Shown here in pieces: positions 1 through 12,723 of a stretch of 64,000 nt of DNA. The stretch is from Octopus sinensis (taxonomy: Eukaryota). The translations under genes were made by a program, and so were the position numbers. The stretch covers positions 28,582,001-28,646,000 of the forward strand of contig NC_043018.1 in the NCBI RefSeq assembly GCF_006345805.1. The letters run 5' to 3'. Within the stretch, counting starts at the first letter, position 1. The number at the start of each line of letters is the position of its first letter. The notes below the pieces were generated by a model. That model worked only from the letters and a program-made list of their open reading frames with translations, made no database searches and was not told where the DNA came from.

Positions 1-1334
1 AGGTAGGAACTTGGAGGGTAAAAGTCACCGCTGTGTTCCCCGCTGAGAGATCGCTGTTATTAACTAAAGTGTTACATTAATAAAGGCCACGACTAATGGT
101 ATGCAAGCTCTGTTCTCTGAGGTCACTAGATGTAATGTGCATATAAACGGATTCGTTACTCGTTCCTCAGGGCTTAAACACTTCTGATGAGATCTAAAAC
201 AAGTCGCAAATCAATTAACACCGTTCAACTTTGTTTAATCTTCACACAAGTGGCTAAATTTGATATGTTTGTATGTCTACTACGTGGGTGTATTTACAGC
301 ATATATATATAAGGTTAAACTTTCTTATAAAGTATATTTTGAAGTATATTTCACAATATATGGACTGTATTAAGACATGGTCATTGAGAGCTAAATCGAA
401 GGATAAGAGTAATTATAGGACCAACACATCTAGGCAATCAATAAAAATTCCAAAGTATAATATATATATGAAGAAAAGAGATGACAAAGGAATAAATGGT
501 TCTCTTATGAACTCCATTAGCTTACAGATGTTTCTGCTATCAAAAGCAGTGGACTCAGCTGAGTTCGTGAACAGCACCTTATTACTTCTGCACTTAATAT
601 TCGAAGTTCCGATGAAGCTATAAAGTGTTATTCAGGCACTGAACAATAAGCCCACTGCGCCTTATAGCAGAAACAGCTGTAAGCTATTAAAGTTCACAAG
701 CTAATCACGATGATCATTTATTATTTTGTCCTTGCTCTTTCTTATACCCATATACTCAGCTAACACTTCATTCTCAAATATACGCATATTGAGTTCTACA
801 CCGGTTTGTTAGTCTCGTAATGCCTAAGCGATATATATATCTGTGTGTGTGTGTCCCATTAATGTATATGCTCTGTGTGTGATTGTCAAATGCTTCCGGT
901 TGTAGAGATTTGGTTCAGAAGTTCCATTGTTTTGAAGCGTATGGAACCACCTATTAATTACACCTGTTGATAGGTCTACTCTACCCAGGTGTAATAGCTC
1001 CTCTCAGGGTCCAAGCAATGGTTTAACTGTTATATGTACGAAGGGACTTAGAAATACTCAATGGACTTGGAAATACTCAGTAGCCCTACTGGAAGTGAGA
1101 GATCCTTTGGTTTTTGTTAAGGCATCCCTCTAGGAAAAGGCTAACACGTATATAAAACTCGTTGCTCTATTGAGCCGGATAATTTGCAAATGGCTTGACT
1201 CTGGTTTTCTTGGTATTGCTAGTGAGACTCATCGTGTTGTCGTGCAATTTACTCTAGACTGAAAGCCCTTGCACGACGATAGCTGACACTTAGCTGTCAG
1301 CAATGGCCACACTGGTATAACGAGTATATTTCCA

Positions 1335-1372
<38 letters not shown>

Positions 1373-1384
1373 TCAAAATTTGAC

Positions 1385-1590
1385 CGCGTGTGTACCGTTG
1401 GCGATTTCTTTCCTTCGTCTTTCCTTCCTTGGATCTTTCCTTTTCCTATGTTTCTGACGAAGAGCTCCGCTCGAAACATTAAACCCTCCTTCTTTCCTTA
1501 TTTCCTGAGCGTCCAATAATACTATACTCGTTCCACGTCCTCGCGTTGTTGTGTTTTCTCTTTGTATTTTCATGTTTGGATTAACTATAT
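1385..1590 (+). mobile_element. Non-autonomous Penelope-derived repeat, family 1 (partial second copy at about 53650-53755, minus)
   Basis: Shared block GAAACRTTAAACCCTCCTTCTTTCCTT...CCTGAGCRTCCAATA between the two copies; carries the hammerhead motif. Confidence 0.5.
1450..1484 (+). ncRNA. Minimal hammerhead motif (Penelope type), slightly decayed
   Basis: GUUU-CUGACGA-A-GAGC-UCC-GCUC-GAAA-C-AUU|AAAC: 4-bp stems I and II. Stem III ACAU is probably decayed from palindromic ACGU, which the sister copy at 53742-53753 retains. Confidence 0.55.
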
Positions 1591-1613
1591 ATATAACATA
1601 TACATATATATAT

Positions 1614-2239
1614 TGCTATTTCTACTAAGTTCAGTATGTGGCAAAGTAATTTATTTTACTAAGCCCTAATTATATAATGTAATATTTTGAATTCGCCTTA
1701 AATGGTCCTTTTACATACTGAACACTTGGTGAAATTGATTAATTAATTTTACCCTCAATTGTTGATATTATAATTCATTTCTCTCTGTCATACTGCCTCG
1801 GTTCTCGCGGTTAAAATATAATGTTTGCTAGATAGACCACGTGGGTGGAAAAGGAGTGCAGAAATTTACGCCTGCGCATTTTGAATTTGTTGGCACTGTC
1901 AGTTGGAGCTGGTTCATTTGAAGCGACAAGTTCGCAGATAGGTAAGGTTCCTTCTTTTTAGTGTTTCCAAATCCAAATTAAGAAATTTTGAGCTGACCAA
2001 AGAAATGCTGATTTTACTTGGCTAATCTTGAAACGTTGACGTACTCAAACGATCTATGTACTTGTGATATTTTTCTGTATTTACCTCCAAACCTTCGTGA
2101 GCTGTCTGGAGTAAACATTATCTGAGAGAAATTTTCTTTAAGTAGTAGAAACGGCTAAAAAAATTTTTGGGGCTGCTATTTCTACTAAGTTCAGTATGTG
2201 GCAAAGTAATTTATTTTAGTAAGCCCTAATTATATAATG

Positions 2240-2245
<6 letters not shown>
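1614..2245 (+). repeat. 72-bp direct repeats (1614-1685 and 2174-2245) flanking about 490 bp of unique sequence
   Basis: TGCTATTTCTACTAAGTTCAGTATGTGGC...TATATAATGTAATAT, 1 mismatch. Confidence 0.9.
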
Positions 2246-2318
<73 letters not shown>

Positions 2319-3506
2319 TAATTCGTGTGTGCGTGATCGTACAATATTATATTAGGTAAACGGCCGAGATCTTTGTGAGTGTGGTGTGTTTATTGATGCA
2401 GGCAAAAGTACAAAGTAAGCATTTAAAGTGAGAGAAATAAATCTAAGTCGAGTTGTGTTAAAATAAAAACAACTCCACCGGCATCGACTATTCCGTGGCT
2501 TAGTCAACTTAATGTCTATTCTGTAAATTAGCCAGTAATTGAGTAATTATTTTCAACGTGATATACACAGTTTTGGCTTTTGCGTGCGTTCGGCAAACTT
2601 GCCCTCTATGAAGTTTTAGTCACCGAGGAGCCCCTGTTATTGATAATTCTTTCCAAGAATGCAAGGGAGAACAATTAAAAACTTAATCTGATTAAAATTA
2701 AAATAAAAAAACGTGCAAAGAGGAATTTATTTTGTGTGCTGTTACCACTCGAGACATGTTCCTACCTGATTAAACCCGTCAGAGAAGTACATTTTAACAT
2801 GTACTATATCTAAAAGCGACAAATAGATTTTGGACTATTTAAACGTGTAGGTTCGCTTATCTATACCATAATTTTTACTCGCTAAATTAATTAGTTTAAC
2901 CCGCATATACCAATATGGTATTTATGCAGAGGACGACCCTGAGAAAACTTTCAATTTCGAATATTATTAATTTTAAACGAGAAAACTGCGACATGATATA
3001 TATAGCATTTATATACATTCGTCGCAGAGAAATGTTGATAAGTGAGTGAGGTTGTGGGGAGTAGGATTTGTATTACTTGATAATCAGTGACGCAGATATT
3101 AATATAATCTTGGAAGAATGAATTCTCATGAACAAAGAAATTCAGTGACTGATGCAAAATATAATATGATAAAATATAATATAATATAATATGATATGAT
3201 ATAATATATCATATTATACTCAACTTTATATGTTTTTATATATAATTTCTATATTTACTGATAATATACCTATATACATTTATAAACTATTATTGAGAAA
3301 AAAATTACAGAAAATGAAGACAGGACCATAAAAATTCTTTTAAAATGCTTCATGTATATATATAATTCTCGAAGACTTTTCATTTTAGACATTTTATTTC
3401 ATAAATAGCGATCAAATACTTAACTCTGTAGACATAACTTTTTTCTGTATTTTTAATCTTGCAAATGAATAAATGTCACATATATATGTGTGTACATATA
3501 TATATA

Positions 3507-3548
<42 letters not shown>

Positions 3549-3605
3549 ATATATGATATATATATAATATTGATATATTTATTATTTATATATTTTTATA
3601 TAATA

Positions 3606-3646
<41 letters not shown>

Positions 3647-3775
3647 ATATATATAACATGTATATATATATATATATATATATAAAACATGTATATATAT
3701 GTGTGTATGTATATATATACATATATATATTACATACATATTAAATCGGTCGTTACCAATATAGTCATTTTTTCT

Positions 3776-3781
3776 TTTATT
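3776..3781 (-). terminator. Candidate polyadenylation signal AATAAA
   Basis: First AATAAA on the minus strand, about 100 nt after the stop codon. Confidence 0.5.
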
Positions 3782-3878
3782 GTGGTTGTTGCTGTTTGTT
3801 GATTGGGGTAGTGGTAGATGTTTTTCCAATTTCATATGAAATCTCGTTTTGAGAATGGTCCTTTTATGATTCTTTCAT

Positions 3879-3979
3879 TTATTTCTTGTAATAAATTCCA
3901 TCTCGTATTTCCAATAATTTCTGCATTGCCATACTGCGATGATTCTCTCTGTCACATCTATCGGTTGTAAAACAGGAGG
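3879..3979 (-). CDS. CT/OP: Terminal coding exon (exon 3) of the same precursor: neurophysin C-terminus plus short extension
   Basis: Acceptor TTTTCTATTTGCTTTGCAG|CC completes the phase-1 Ser codon (T|CC). It reads (S)SCFTTDRCDRENHRSMAMQKLLEIRDGIYYKK*, stop TAA at 3881-3879. It adds the last 2 Cys for 14 in total and matches my recollection of the Octopus precursor C-terminus. It is too short for the ORF track. Confidence 0.95.
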
Positions 3980-4087
3980 CTGCAAAGCAAATAGAAAATT
4001 TATAATAATATAAATACAAATTGATTACGATGTTCAGTAAAGTTTAGAAGACGCAATACCTGAAATTCTCAAGATTATTATAAGATC

Positions 4088-4253
4088 AGGAGTGGCTGTG
4101 TGGTAAGTAGCTTGCTAACCAACCACATGGTTCCGGGTTCAGTCCCACTGCGTGGCATCTTGGGCAAGTGTCTTCTGCTATAGCCCCGGGCCGACCAATG
4201 CCTTGTGAGTGGATTTGGTAGACGGAAACTGAAAGAAGCCCGTCGTATATATG

Positions 4254-4333
<80 letters not shown>

Positions 4334-4528
4334 TGTCCCCTAACATTGCTTGACAACCGATGCTGGTGTGTTTACGGTCCCCGTCACTTAGCGGTTCGGC
4401 AAAAGAGACCGATAGAATAAGTACTGGGCTTACAAAGAATAAGTCCGGGGTCGATTTGCTCGACTAAAGGCGGTGCTCCAGCATGGCCGCAGTCAAATGA
4501 CTAAAACAAGTAAAATAGTAAAAGAGTA
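4088..4528 (+). mobile_element. tRNA-derived SINE, family A (internal TA/TG microsatellite, CR1-like tail)
   Basis: A-box-like TGGCTGTGTGGT, B-box-like GGTTCAGTCCC, conserved body, tail GGCGGTGCTCCAGCATGGCCGCAGTCAAATGACT..GTAAAAGAG; at least 9 near-complete copies in the window. Confidence 0.9.
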
Positions 4529-4576
4529 TATATATACATATATGTTGTGTGTGTGTGTTCGTGTGTTCGTGTGTGC

Positions 4577-4593
4577 ATAGATAGATAGATATG

Positions 4594-4635
<42 letters not shown>

Positions 4636-4894
4636 GATATAGATAGATAGATAAATAGATAGATAGATAGAAGATAGATAAATAATAGATAGATAGATAA
4701 GATAGATAGATAGATAGATAGATATGTAGATCGATAGATGATGATAAATCATATAGATAGATAGATAGATAATAGATAGATAAGATAGATAGATGGTAGG
4801 TATAATAGATAGATATATAGATAGATAGATAGATAGATAGATATGTAGATAGATAGTAAATAGATTGATAGATAGATAGATAAATAGATAGATA

Positions 4895-4953
<59 letters not shown>

Positions 4954-4970
4954 GTAGGTAGGTAGGTAGT
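4577..4970. repeat. (AGAT)n tetranucleotide array (others at about 16884-16960 and 29476-29560)
   Basis: Directly visible. Confidence 0.95.
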
Positions 4971-6289
4971 TTGTTAGATAGATTTATATACGATTTTTCA
5001 GATTATACATTTTCCTGGAAAGTGTAATCAAGGTAATTCGGATAGGACCGTATAGAGAAAATGCCTGAGGATCTATCCCGAAGTTCTTTCCCTAAAAAAT
5101 GGATGCTTGGCTGGATATACCACATGTGTGTGTTAATATATCAAGACGTCGATAACTTAGATATGTTTCGATCAAAATTTAGCCCAAGCCATGTTTATCT
5201 TAATAGCACAACTGTGTGTATTCATATATATAATATCAGGTCTCACTTACTATGAAAGTACATCTCCGTAAATATATATATATATCCCGTCCGTTTTTTT
5301 GTATCGTCTTCTCAATGTTTTGCGTTCTTGTCCCAGTTTGTGTTTTTTTACATTTATTCTCTCTCTCTCCTCTCTCTTCTATATATATATATATATATAT
5401 ATAATAAAGTTTCAAGACTGCAGAGTGTATTCGATCCATGTATAAGAGAGAATTCTGCACCAGTTGGATCTGAGTCCAATGGACAGAGCTTGAATCCAGG
5501 AGCGGTTCACCTGTCTTTAGCGACAGTGATGAGGACCGGAACAAACAGCCAAACATTAAAAAGAATTTTGTTATCCTTGCCTATTGCAGAACGGAACGAG
5601 TACTTCCAACTGGAGCCGATTCTGAATTTCTAGAACGAGAATAAGCGTAGGCCAGGATTAAGAAATCCAGATATATTACAGAGCAAAGAAGAAGATATCT
5701 GATTTAGAATCAGACCAAACAGAAAATATTTCAGAGGAGTGTAGATAGTGCACCAGTTACCAAATGCGATAATTTACTGTCAGTACTAATGCTAATAGGT
5801 TTAGAACCCAACCGAACCTGAGCTTATTGAGCTAAAGATTTTACAAGACCAAATCCAGATATTTAGGGTAGCGCACAGATGATATTCAAAATCGTAGATA
5901 AATCAAACATCATTTCCCCGTCTTTAGACAGCTTGATGTTAACAAATCAATGCCATTTTGATGAATCAGTGGTTTACGAACGAGAAAAGAATATGTAGTA
6001 TGTATGTGTGTGAGTGTAGTAGCATGTGTAAAAAAAGAAGAGTCATTCGTGGCCTTCTTTCCTCAGTCAAGTTTCCGGAAGTCCTGACTGTTTCAGGCAG
6101 TTACACTTGAGACAGTTCGATCTGTTTGCCCCCCATAAAATCTAGGCTAAGAGTATTAGATTTTTCAGTAAAAAAGCTAGCGAATGTGTACAGCAACAAA
6201 GACAAAAAAACGGGGAACATGGTACACAATTACAAATACAAAAATCAAGAATATAACATGTGTCTTTCGACTGAATGAATCAAATTGAG

Positions 6290-6950
6290 CTGGCGTGTAT
6301 GAAGTGAAATCCTAAAGGCGTTAAAATACGAGATGGACATAAAAGGTTTTAGCGGTCGGCAAACAGGCATGATGCATCAATAAGTAAGTAACTTCGCATA
6401 TCCTTATCTACAATCGTTATGTCTGGTCTATTATTTTCTAATTTCTTGTGTGCTTCAATAGGGAAGTCCCACAAAATCTTACATATCTCCGGCTGCAGTA
6501 CTCTTTCGACTTGATGATTATACTATGTGTTTCCAGTTTCGAATCTCCATTTCTGACACAGTTTCCAGCATAAAACTTGCACAAACTGGTCATGCCTCAA
6601 TTTCTTCCTGTACCAACTTGGAACATTCTGCCGCAGTGTGTGCCACTGTCTCGTTCCAAGTTCCACAGACTACATTTTTCTGACACATTCTCCCGATATA
6701 TAGATTTTCCCATCGCTTGCTCTGCAACGGTTAGGCTCTTTGTTTGTTTTTAAATTGCTTCATTTTTAACCAAGCACAGGATTTTGTTCCACATACGTCT
6801 TCAGCGGCTCTCCAAAGTTGGCCATGCAGATGGTTCTCTTCCATCTGTCTGACGGGCTTCCTCTGCATTTCATTCCTGCCCTTTTCACCTATTACGCGCC
6901 TCATCGCCTGTTTTTCACAAACTCTCTTTTTCGGTTTTTCTGTGCTGTTT
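6290..6950 (-). mobile_element. Decayed Dong/R4-clade LINE, C-terminal zinc-knuckle/restriction-like endonuclease region
   Basis: Frameshifted translation gives HLHGQLWR, CGTWNETVAHTAAECSKLVQ, ILWDFPI and NRPDITIVDK, motifs typical of R4/Dong ORFs. Confidence 0.75.
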
Positions 6951-7866
6951 CTGGATATTAGGTGAGAACTTAGGATTCCAAAACAAAAAAGAAAAATCAA
7001 ACCATGTCATTGGATTCAGGTAAATATAACGTCAACATTGCTTTAAAATGTGAGATTTATTATTAAAATTTGATTTGTTATTTGCCTTTCCTACTATGGA
7101 ATTGAAAGGTATAAAAAGAAAAACAAATTCATTGGTAATCGCCAAGAGACATGAATCACCAAAAATATATAACTCGTTTGGGGAGAGAGAAGGGAAGGGA
7201 AATCGGTTGCAGATACCAAAGATAATGTAGGTGGAGATTATTCAATAAAGAAATAGGAATATAAAGGAAAATCCAAATGGTGGTTTGAGACACCAGCAAA
7301 GTTATTTGAAAAAAATTCTAGCCATACCAATAGTAGGAAATATTTATATTAAACTCAGAAGGTTTCCTGAGTTTTAAAGAGAGGAGGCTACGAGAATAAG
7401 AGTAATTCTGCCTAAAAGGTGGCTTAATAGAGAAATTATACATTTATTTATATTTTATACATACACACACATACATACACACACACACACATACACACGC
7501 ACACACATACACACACACATACACACACACACATATATATATATGTGTGTGTGTGTATGTATGTGTGTGTATGTGTGTGTGTATGTATGTGTGTGTGTAT
7601 GTATGTGTGTGTATGTATAAAATATAAATAAATGTATAATTTCTCTATTAAGCCACCTTTTAGGCATAATTACTTTTATTGGTGATCCCTGCTGTACTCT
7701 TTCGCCACAATTTTCTCTCACTCTTTCTTCTGTTGGCCTGCTCGCTTAGTCCGCGGGGTGGTGTCATCTGAAGGCTAAAACAATGCGAAGCTCATTGTGA
7801 CCAGCGATGTGTAGCAACATCTGATAGCCTGGTCGGTCACGGTGATTACAGATATATATATATATA

Positions 7867-8262
7867 ACTCTTTTACACTTGTTTCAGTCATTTGACTGCG
7901 GCCATGTTGGAGCACCGCCTTCAGTCGAGCAAATCGACCCCAGGATTTATTCTTTGTAAGCCCAGTACTTATTCTATCGGTCTCTTTTGCCGAACCGCTA
8001 AGTAACGGGGACGTAAACACACCAGCATCGGTTGTCAAGCAATGCTAGGGGGACAAACACAGACACACAAACATATACACACACATACATATATATACAT
8101 ATATACGACGGGCTTCTTTCAGTTTCTGTCTACCAAATCCACTCACAAGACATTGGTCGGCGGGGGCTATAGCAGCAGACACTTGCCCAAGATGCCACAC
8201 AGTGGGACTGAACCCGGAACCATGTGGTTGGTAAGCAAGCTACTTGCCACACAGCCACTCCT
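7867..8262 (-). mobile_element. SINE family A
   Basis: Reverse complement of 4088-4528. Confidence 0.9.
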
Positions 8263-8881
8263 GTATATATATATAACATTTGATATGTATGGTATTGAAA
8301 TATGAGCTACTGATAGGTTCATGGCGTGGTAACAAAAACCCGGCGGGTTTATAAGACTCCAAGACTTGTAGATCCAAGCAATATTTCAGGCTCAGCAAAC
8401 ATGGTTGGTCAGTACCCATGGTTGGTATGAGCCTGAAAGATTGCTGGTAACCGATGGAAATATTGTGTTTCCAGGGCATAAAGCTATTTATAGCTCATAT
8501 GTAAAAACTGTGCACAGTACTCCCATGCTATACCAAGTTTCACGTATCACGGATCACTTATCGCGGTTTACCATTTAAGTTTACGTAGATTCGTCTGTGG
8601 TGTTCTTTTGCATTTATAATAAAATAAATATATGCAAATTAAAAGAATAACAAAAAATATACAGTACAGTACTGTTTCTACTTTGTGGATTTTCATCTAT
8701 CGCGTGTGGTGTTGGAACGTAACACGCGCGATAGTCGAGAGATTGCTGTATGTTAAATATTTACCTCTTACTGAATGGAGTAGTTATCTTTTTATCTTAC
8801 TAATATCGGAACTGTAAAATATTTATCTCTATATATGGGTGGGTGGGGGCAGACGAGCATGCCTTTATGTCTTGTGTGTAC

Positions 8882-8986
<105 letters not shown>

Positions 8987-8990
8987 TATG

Positions 8991-9041
<51 letters not shown>

Positions 9042-9069
9042 ATATATATATTATGTATATATATAGTAT

Positions 9070-9115
<46 letters not shown>

Positions 9116-9184
9116 GTATATATTGGCAGGCGAGACGACTGCTAGGTAGTGGCCCGTATGCTAAAATAGTTCATCAACGATCAA

Positions 9185-9257
<73 letters not shown>

Positions 9258-9751
9258 CAAATTAAGCATCAAACCACTTTAAAGATTTTATCAATTGGCC
9301 AGCGGGAAATTAACACCTAGTAGGCTGCAGATATGTATGTATGTGTGCATGTGTGTGTATATGTTGTGTACGTGTGTATGTGTGTGTATGTGTTTGTATC
9401 TATGTGTGTGTCTTTGTATCTGTGTTTGTTCACCCATCAACGCTTGACAACAGGTTTACGTCACTGCAAAGAGGTCGATAAAATAGGTATTTGGCTTTAA
9501 AAAGAAGTGCCGGGGTCGATTTGCTCAACAAAGAATCCCTTGAAGGTGGTACTACAGCATGACCGTAGTCAAATGAATCAAACAAGTAGAAGTATAAAAG
9601 AATATATAATATAATATATATATATGTATATATATATTATTATATATATAATATATATATATGTGGTGTGTATATTATATATATATATTCTCTATATATA
9701 TATAATATATAATATATATGTGTTGTGTGTATATATATATATATATAATAT

Positions 9752-10302
9752 TAAATTAGAGATAAAACCACTATTAGGCAAATCAAACAGTGAAAAGCAA
9801 GCCAATACATAAATTAATTTTAAAATAAAAGTTAAAATACAAAATTATTTAAATAATTTTAAACTTATAAATTTTTATATATATATACAAATATATATAT
9901 ATGTATGAATGTATATTTTTATATTTATATATTATTTTATTTATTAATTAATTAATTTTTTATTTTTTTATTTTTTTATTTTGAATATCAAAACTATTAA
10001 AAGTTTAGTAAAAATTTAATACTCTTTATCTTTTATTAAACTTTTAATACGTTTGATATTTAAAATAAAAATGATAATAATAAAAAAAAAATATGAATTA
10101 ATGAATAGATAAAATAATATATAAATATAAAAATATACATTCATACATATATATATATTTGTATATATATATATAAATTTATAAGTTTCAATTAGTTAAA
10201 TAATTTTTTATTTTTAACTTTTATATTTTTAAATTAATTTTCTGTATTGGCTTATGTTTTTCACTGTTTGATTTGCCTAATAGTGGTTTTATCTCTAATT
10301 TA
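9752..10302. mobile_element. Foldback element: imperfect palindrome of about 550 bp
   Basis: Left arm 9752-10014 is the approximate reverse complement of right arm 10031-10302 (e.g. TTAGAGATAAAACCACTATTAGGCAAATCAAACAGTGAAAA vs TTTTCACTGTTTGATTTGCCTAATAGTGGTTTTATCTCTAA); loop about 16 nt. Confidence 0.9.
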
Positions 10303-10391
10303 TATTAAATAATATAATATATTTATACTATAAAATTGGATTTAATCTAAATCTAATTTTTCCCTGTAAGTTTGGATTTATTCCCTAATAT

Positions 10392-10434
<43 letters not shown>

Positions 10435-10504
10435 TATACATACATACGTGTATATACATACATACGTATATATACATACATATATATAAAATATATATAT
10501 ATTC

Positions 10505-10748
10505 CTTTATTCCTTTATATTGTTTCAGTCATTTGTCTGCGGCCATGCTGTAGTACGACCTTTAGTCGAGGAAATCGACCCTAAGACTTATTCTTTGTAC
10601 GCCTAATTCTTATTGTATCGGCCTCTTTTGCTAAGTTACGGGGACGTAAACATACCGGCAATGGTTGTCAAGCGATGCTGGGGGGGGGACAAACACAGAC
10701 ACACAAACATATACACACATATATACATACATACATATATATATATTA

Positions 10749-10800
<52 letters not shown>

Positions 10801-10974
10801 CATATATACGACTGGCTTTCTTTCAGTTTCCTCAACCAAATCCGCTAACAACGCTTTGGTCGGCCCGAGGCTATAGTAGAAGACACTTGCCCAAGGTGCC
10901 ACGCACTGTTGGACTGAACCCGGAACCATGAGATTGATAAGCAAGCCACTTACCACTCAGCCACTCCTGTGCCT
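10505..10974 (-). mobile_element. SINE family A
   Basis: Reverse-complement homology including head, internal microsatellite and tail. Confidence 0.85.
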
Positions 10975-11572
10975 ATATATATATATATATATCTGCATGC
11001 AGTTGAAGTTTATTAACGAAGGACCAATAATGTCTTGGCTTTCCCATCGTAGTTACATGGATTTAATACAAACTTTTGTTTAAGATACTTAATGCTACTT
11101 TGGCCTTTAACAAACACAGGATATTGACTGAAGAATGACGAGTCTCTACTTTGGTTTTAGTTCTTTAGAGACGGAATTAAACTCCCTAATATTGTTCACA
11201 TGGCATCAATATTCGTTGCCAGATGGGATTATCTTGACTTTTAAATAAATCCCCAATATCTTGAATGGAACGATATTGCAGGAAGTACAGCATTTACGTT
11301 TCGATGTTCGATGAAAAAGTTGACCAAGGCTTCTCGGTCAGTTTCTATTATAAGTCTGGTGCCTCTATAGAATACGGAGCCGTTAGATTACGGAACTTAA
11401 ACAGGCAACCACATACAAAACTCATAAACACAAACTACAACCCACGAGATACCATGTCACACACATACATAACAATACATCCATACACATACATACATAC
11501 ATACATACATACATACATACATACATACATACACATACATACATACACTACATACACAATCCAGATATATAT

Positions 11573-11735
11573 AGGCACAGGCGTGGCTGTATGGTAAGAA
11601 ACTGGCTTCCCAACCACATGGTTCCGAGTTCACTCTTACTGCGTGACAGTCAAGTTTCTTCTACTATAGTTTCGAGCCGACCAAGGGCTTTTTAGTGCAT
11701 TTGCAGGACAGCAAGTCAGAAAAGCCCGCCGTTTG

Positions 11736-11795
<60 letters not shown>

Positions 11796-11990
11796 TTTGT
11801 GTCTGTCTCTTGACAACCGATGTTGGTGTGTTTACATCCACGTAAATTATCAGTTCGGCAAGAAGTATCCGATAGAATAAGTACTAAGATTACAAATGAT
11901 AAATCCAGGGGTCGAATTCTTGGACTAAAAAAAATCCTTAAGGAGGTGCTCTAGCATGGCCGCAGTCAAATGACTAAAATAAGGAATAAA
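11573..11990 (+). mobile_element. SINE family A, older diverged copy
   Basis: Recognisable head, body and tail with many substitutions. Confidence 0.8.
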
Positions 11991-12723
11991 ATAACATGTG
12001 TGTATACACGACGGTCTTGTACTCTGTTGCCATCCACAAAGTTTACTCTTTTGCTCACAAGGATCTGATCGGCCCAAGTCTATTGTACGAGTCACGCAAA
12101 ACGCCGCGGAGTTGGATTGATCTGGAGACTACGATGCTGCAAAGCAATCTTCTTAACCACAAAGCCACCACAGCTTAAATGTGACTTATAACACATTACT
12201 ACATTACACTTTACACTCTACGTTTGAATACACGTAACGTCTCCTGTAATGATAAACCTAAAAATGCTTTAGTACCATCGAACAATTTAACTACGAATAT
12301 ATTGATAGTGTACAGCAGGCACATTCAGGAATATGCAAATAGAGAGACGATATATAACGTCCATTAGAATTGACTATATTCCAACTGAAAATAAAACCGG
12401 TTCAATGTCATGGTTCCACAGGGAAGATGAATATATTCTAGGTGTTCGTTTATTAACAGAATATTAGTAAATGCCAAGGTACTTTGCTCGGTGTTGTCCG
12501 ATAGTATTCTTGCAGTAAATTGTCTTTACAATAGGTTGTGGGGTTAAGAAACTCGCTTTGCAAACATGTAATAATGGATTCAGTGCTCCTACGCGGTAGC
12601 TTAGTTATGTTTGGTCTTCTACTATAGCTACGGATTCACTAATGTTTTGTGGGGGAATTTGGTTATCGTATGTGTGTGTGTGCGTTTGTTTGTTATATTA
12701 TATTATGTAATATCATATTAAGA

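Noticed and set aside
176-225. CTGATGA hammerhead-like core at 184
   Set aside because: Followed by GCAAA rather than GAAA, with no convincing stems I or III.
273-623. 116-aa plus-strand ORF
   Set aside because: No recognisable domain, low-complexity AT-rich N-terminus and no splice support.
4078-4356. Recurrent ORFs such as [16 protein letters not shown] and [15 protein letters not shown]
   Set aside because: Antisense translations of SINE family A, repeated at each copy.
11040-11300. Minus-strand FKILGIYL resembling an RT thumb motif that might link the two Dong fragments
   Set aside because: Downstream residues do not follow the Dong/R4 pattern; too weak to call.
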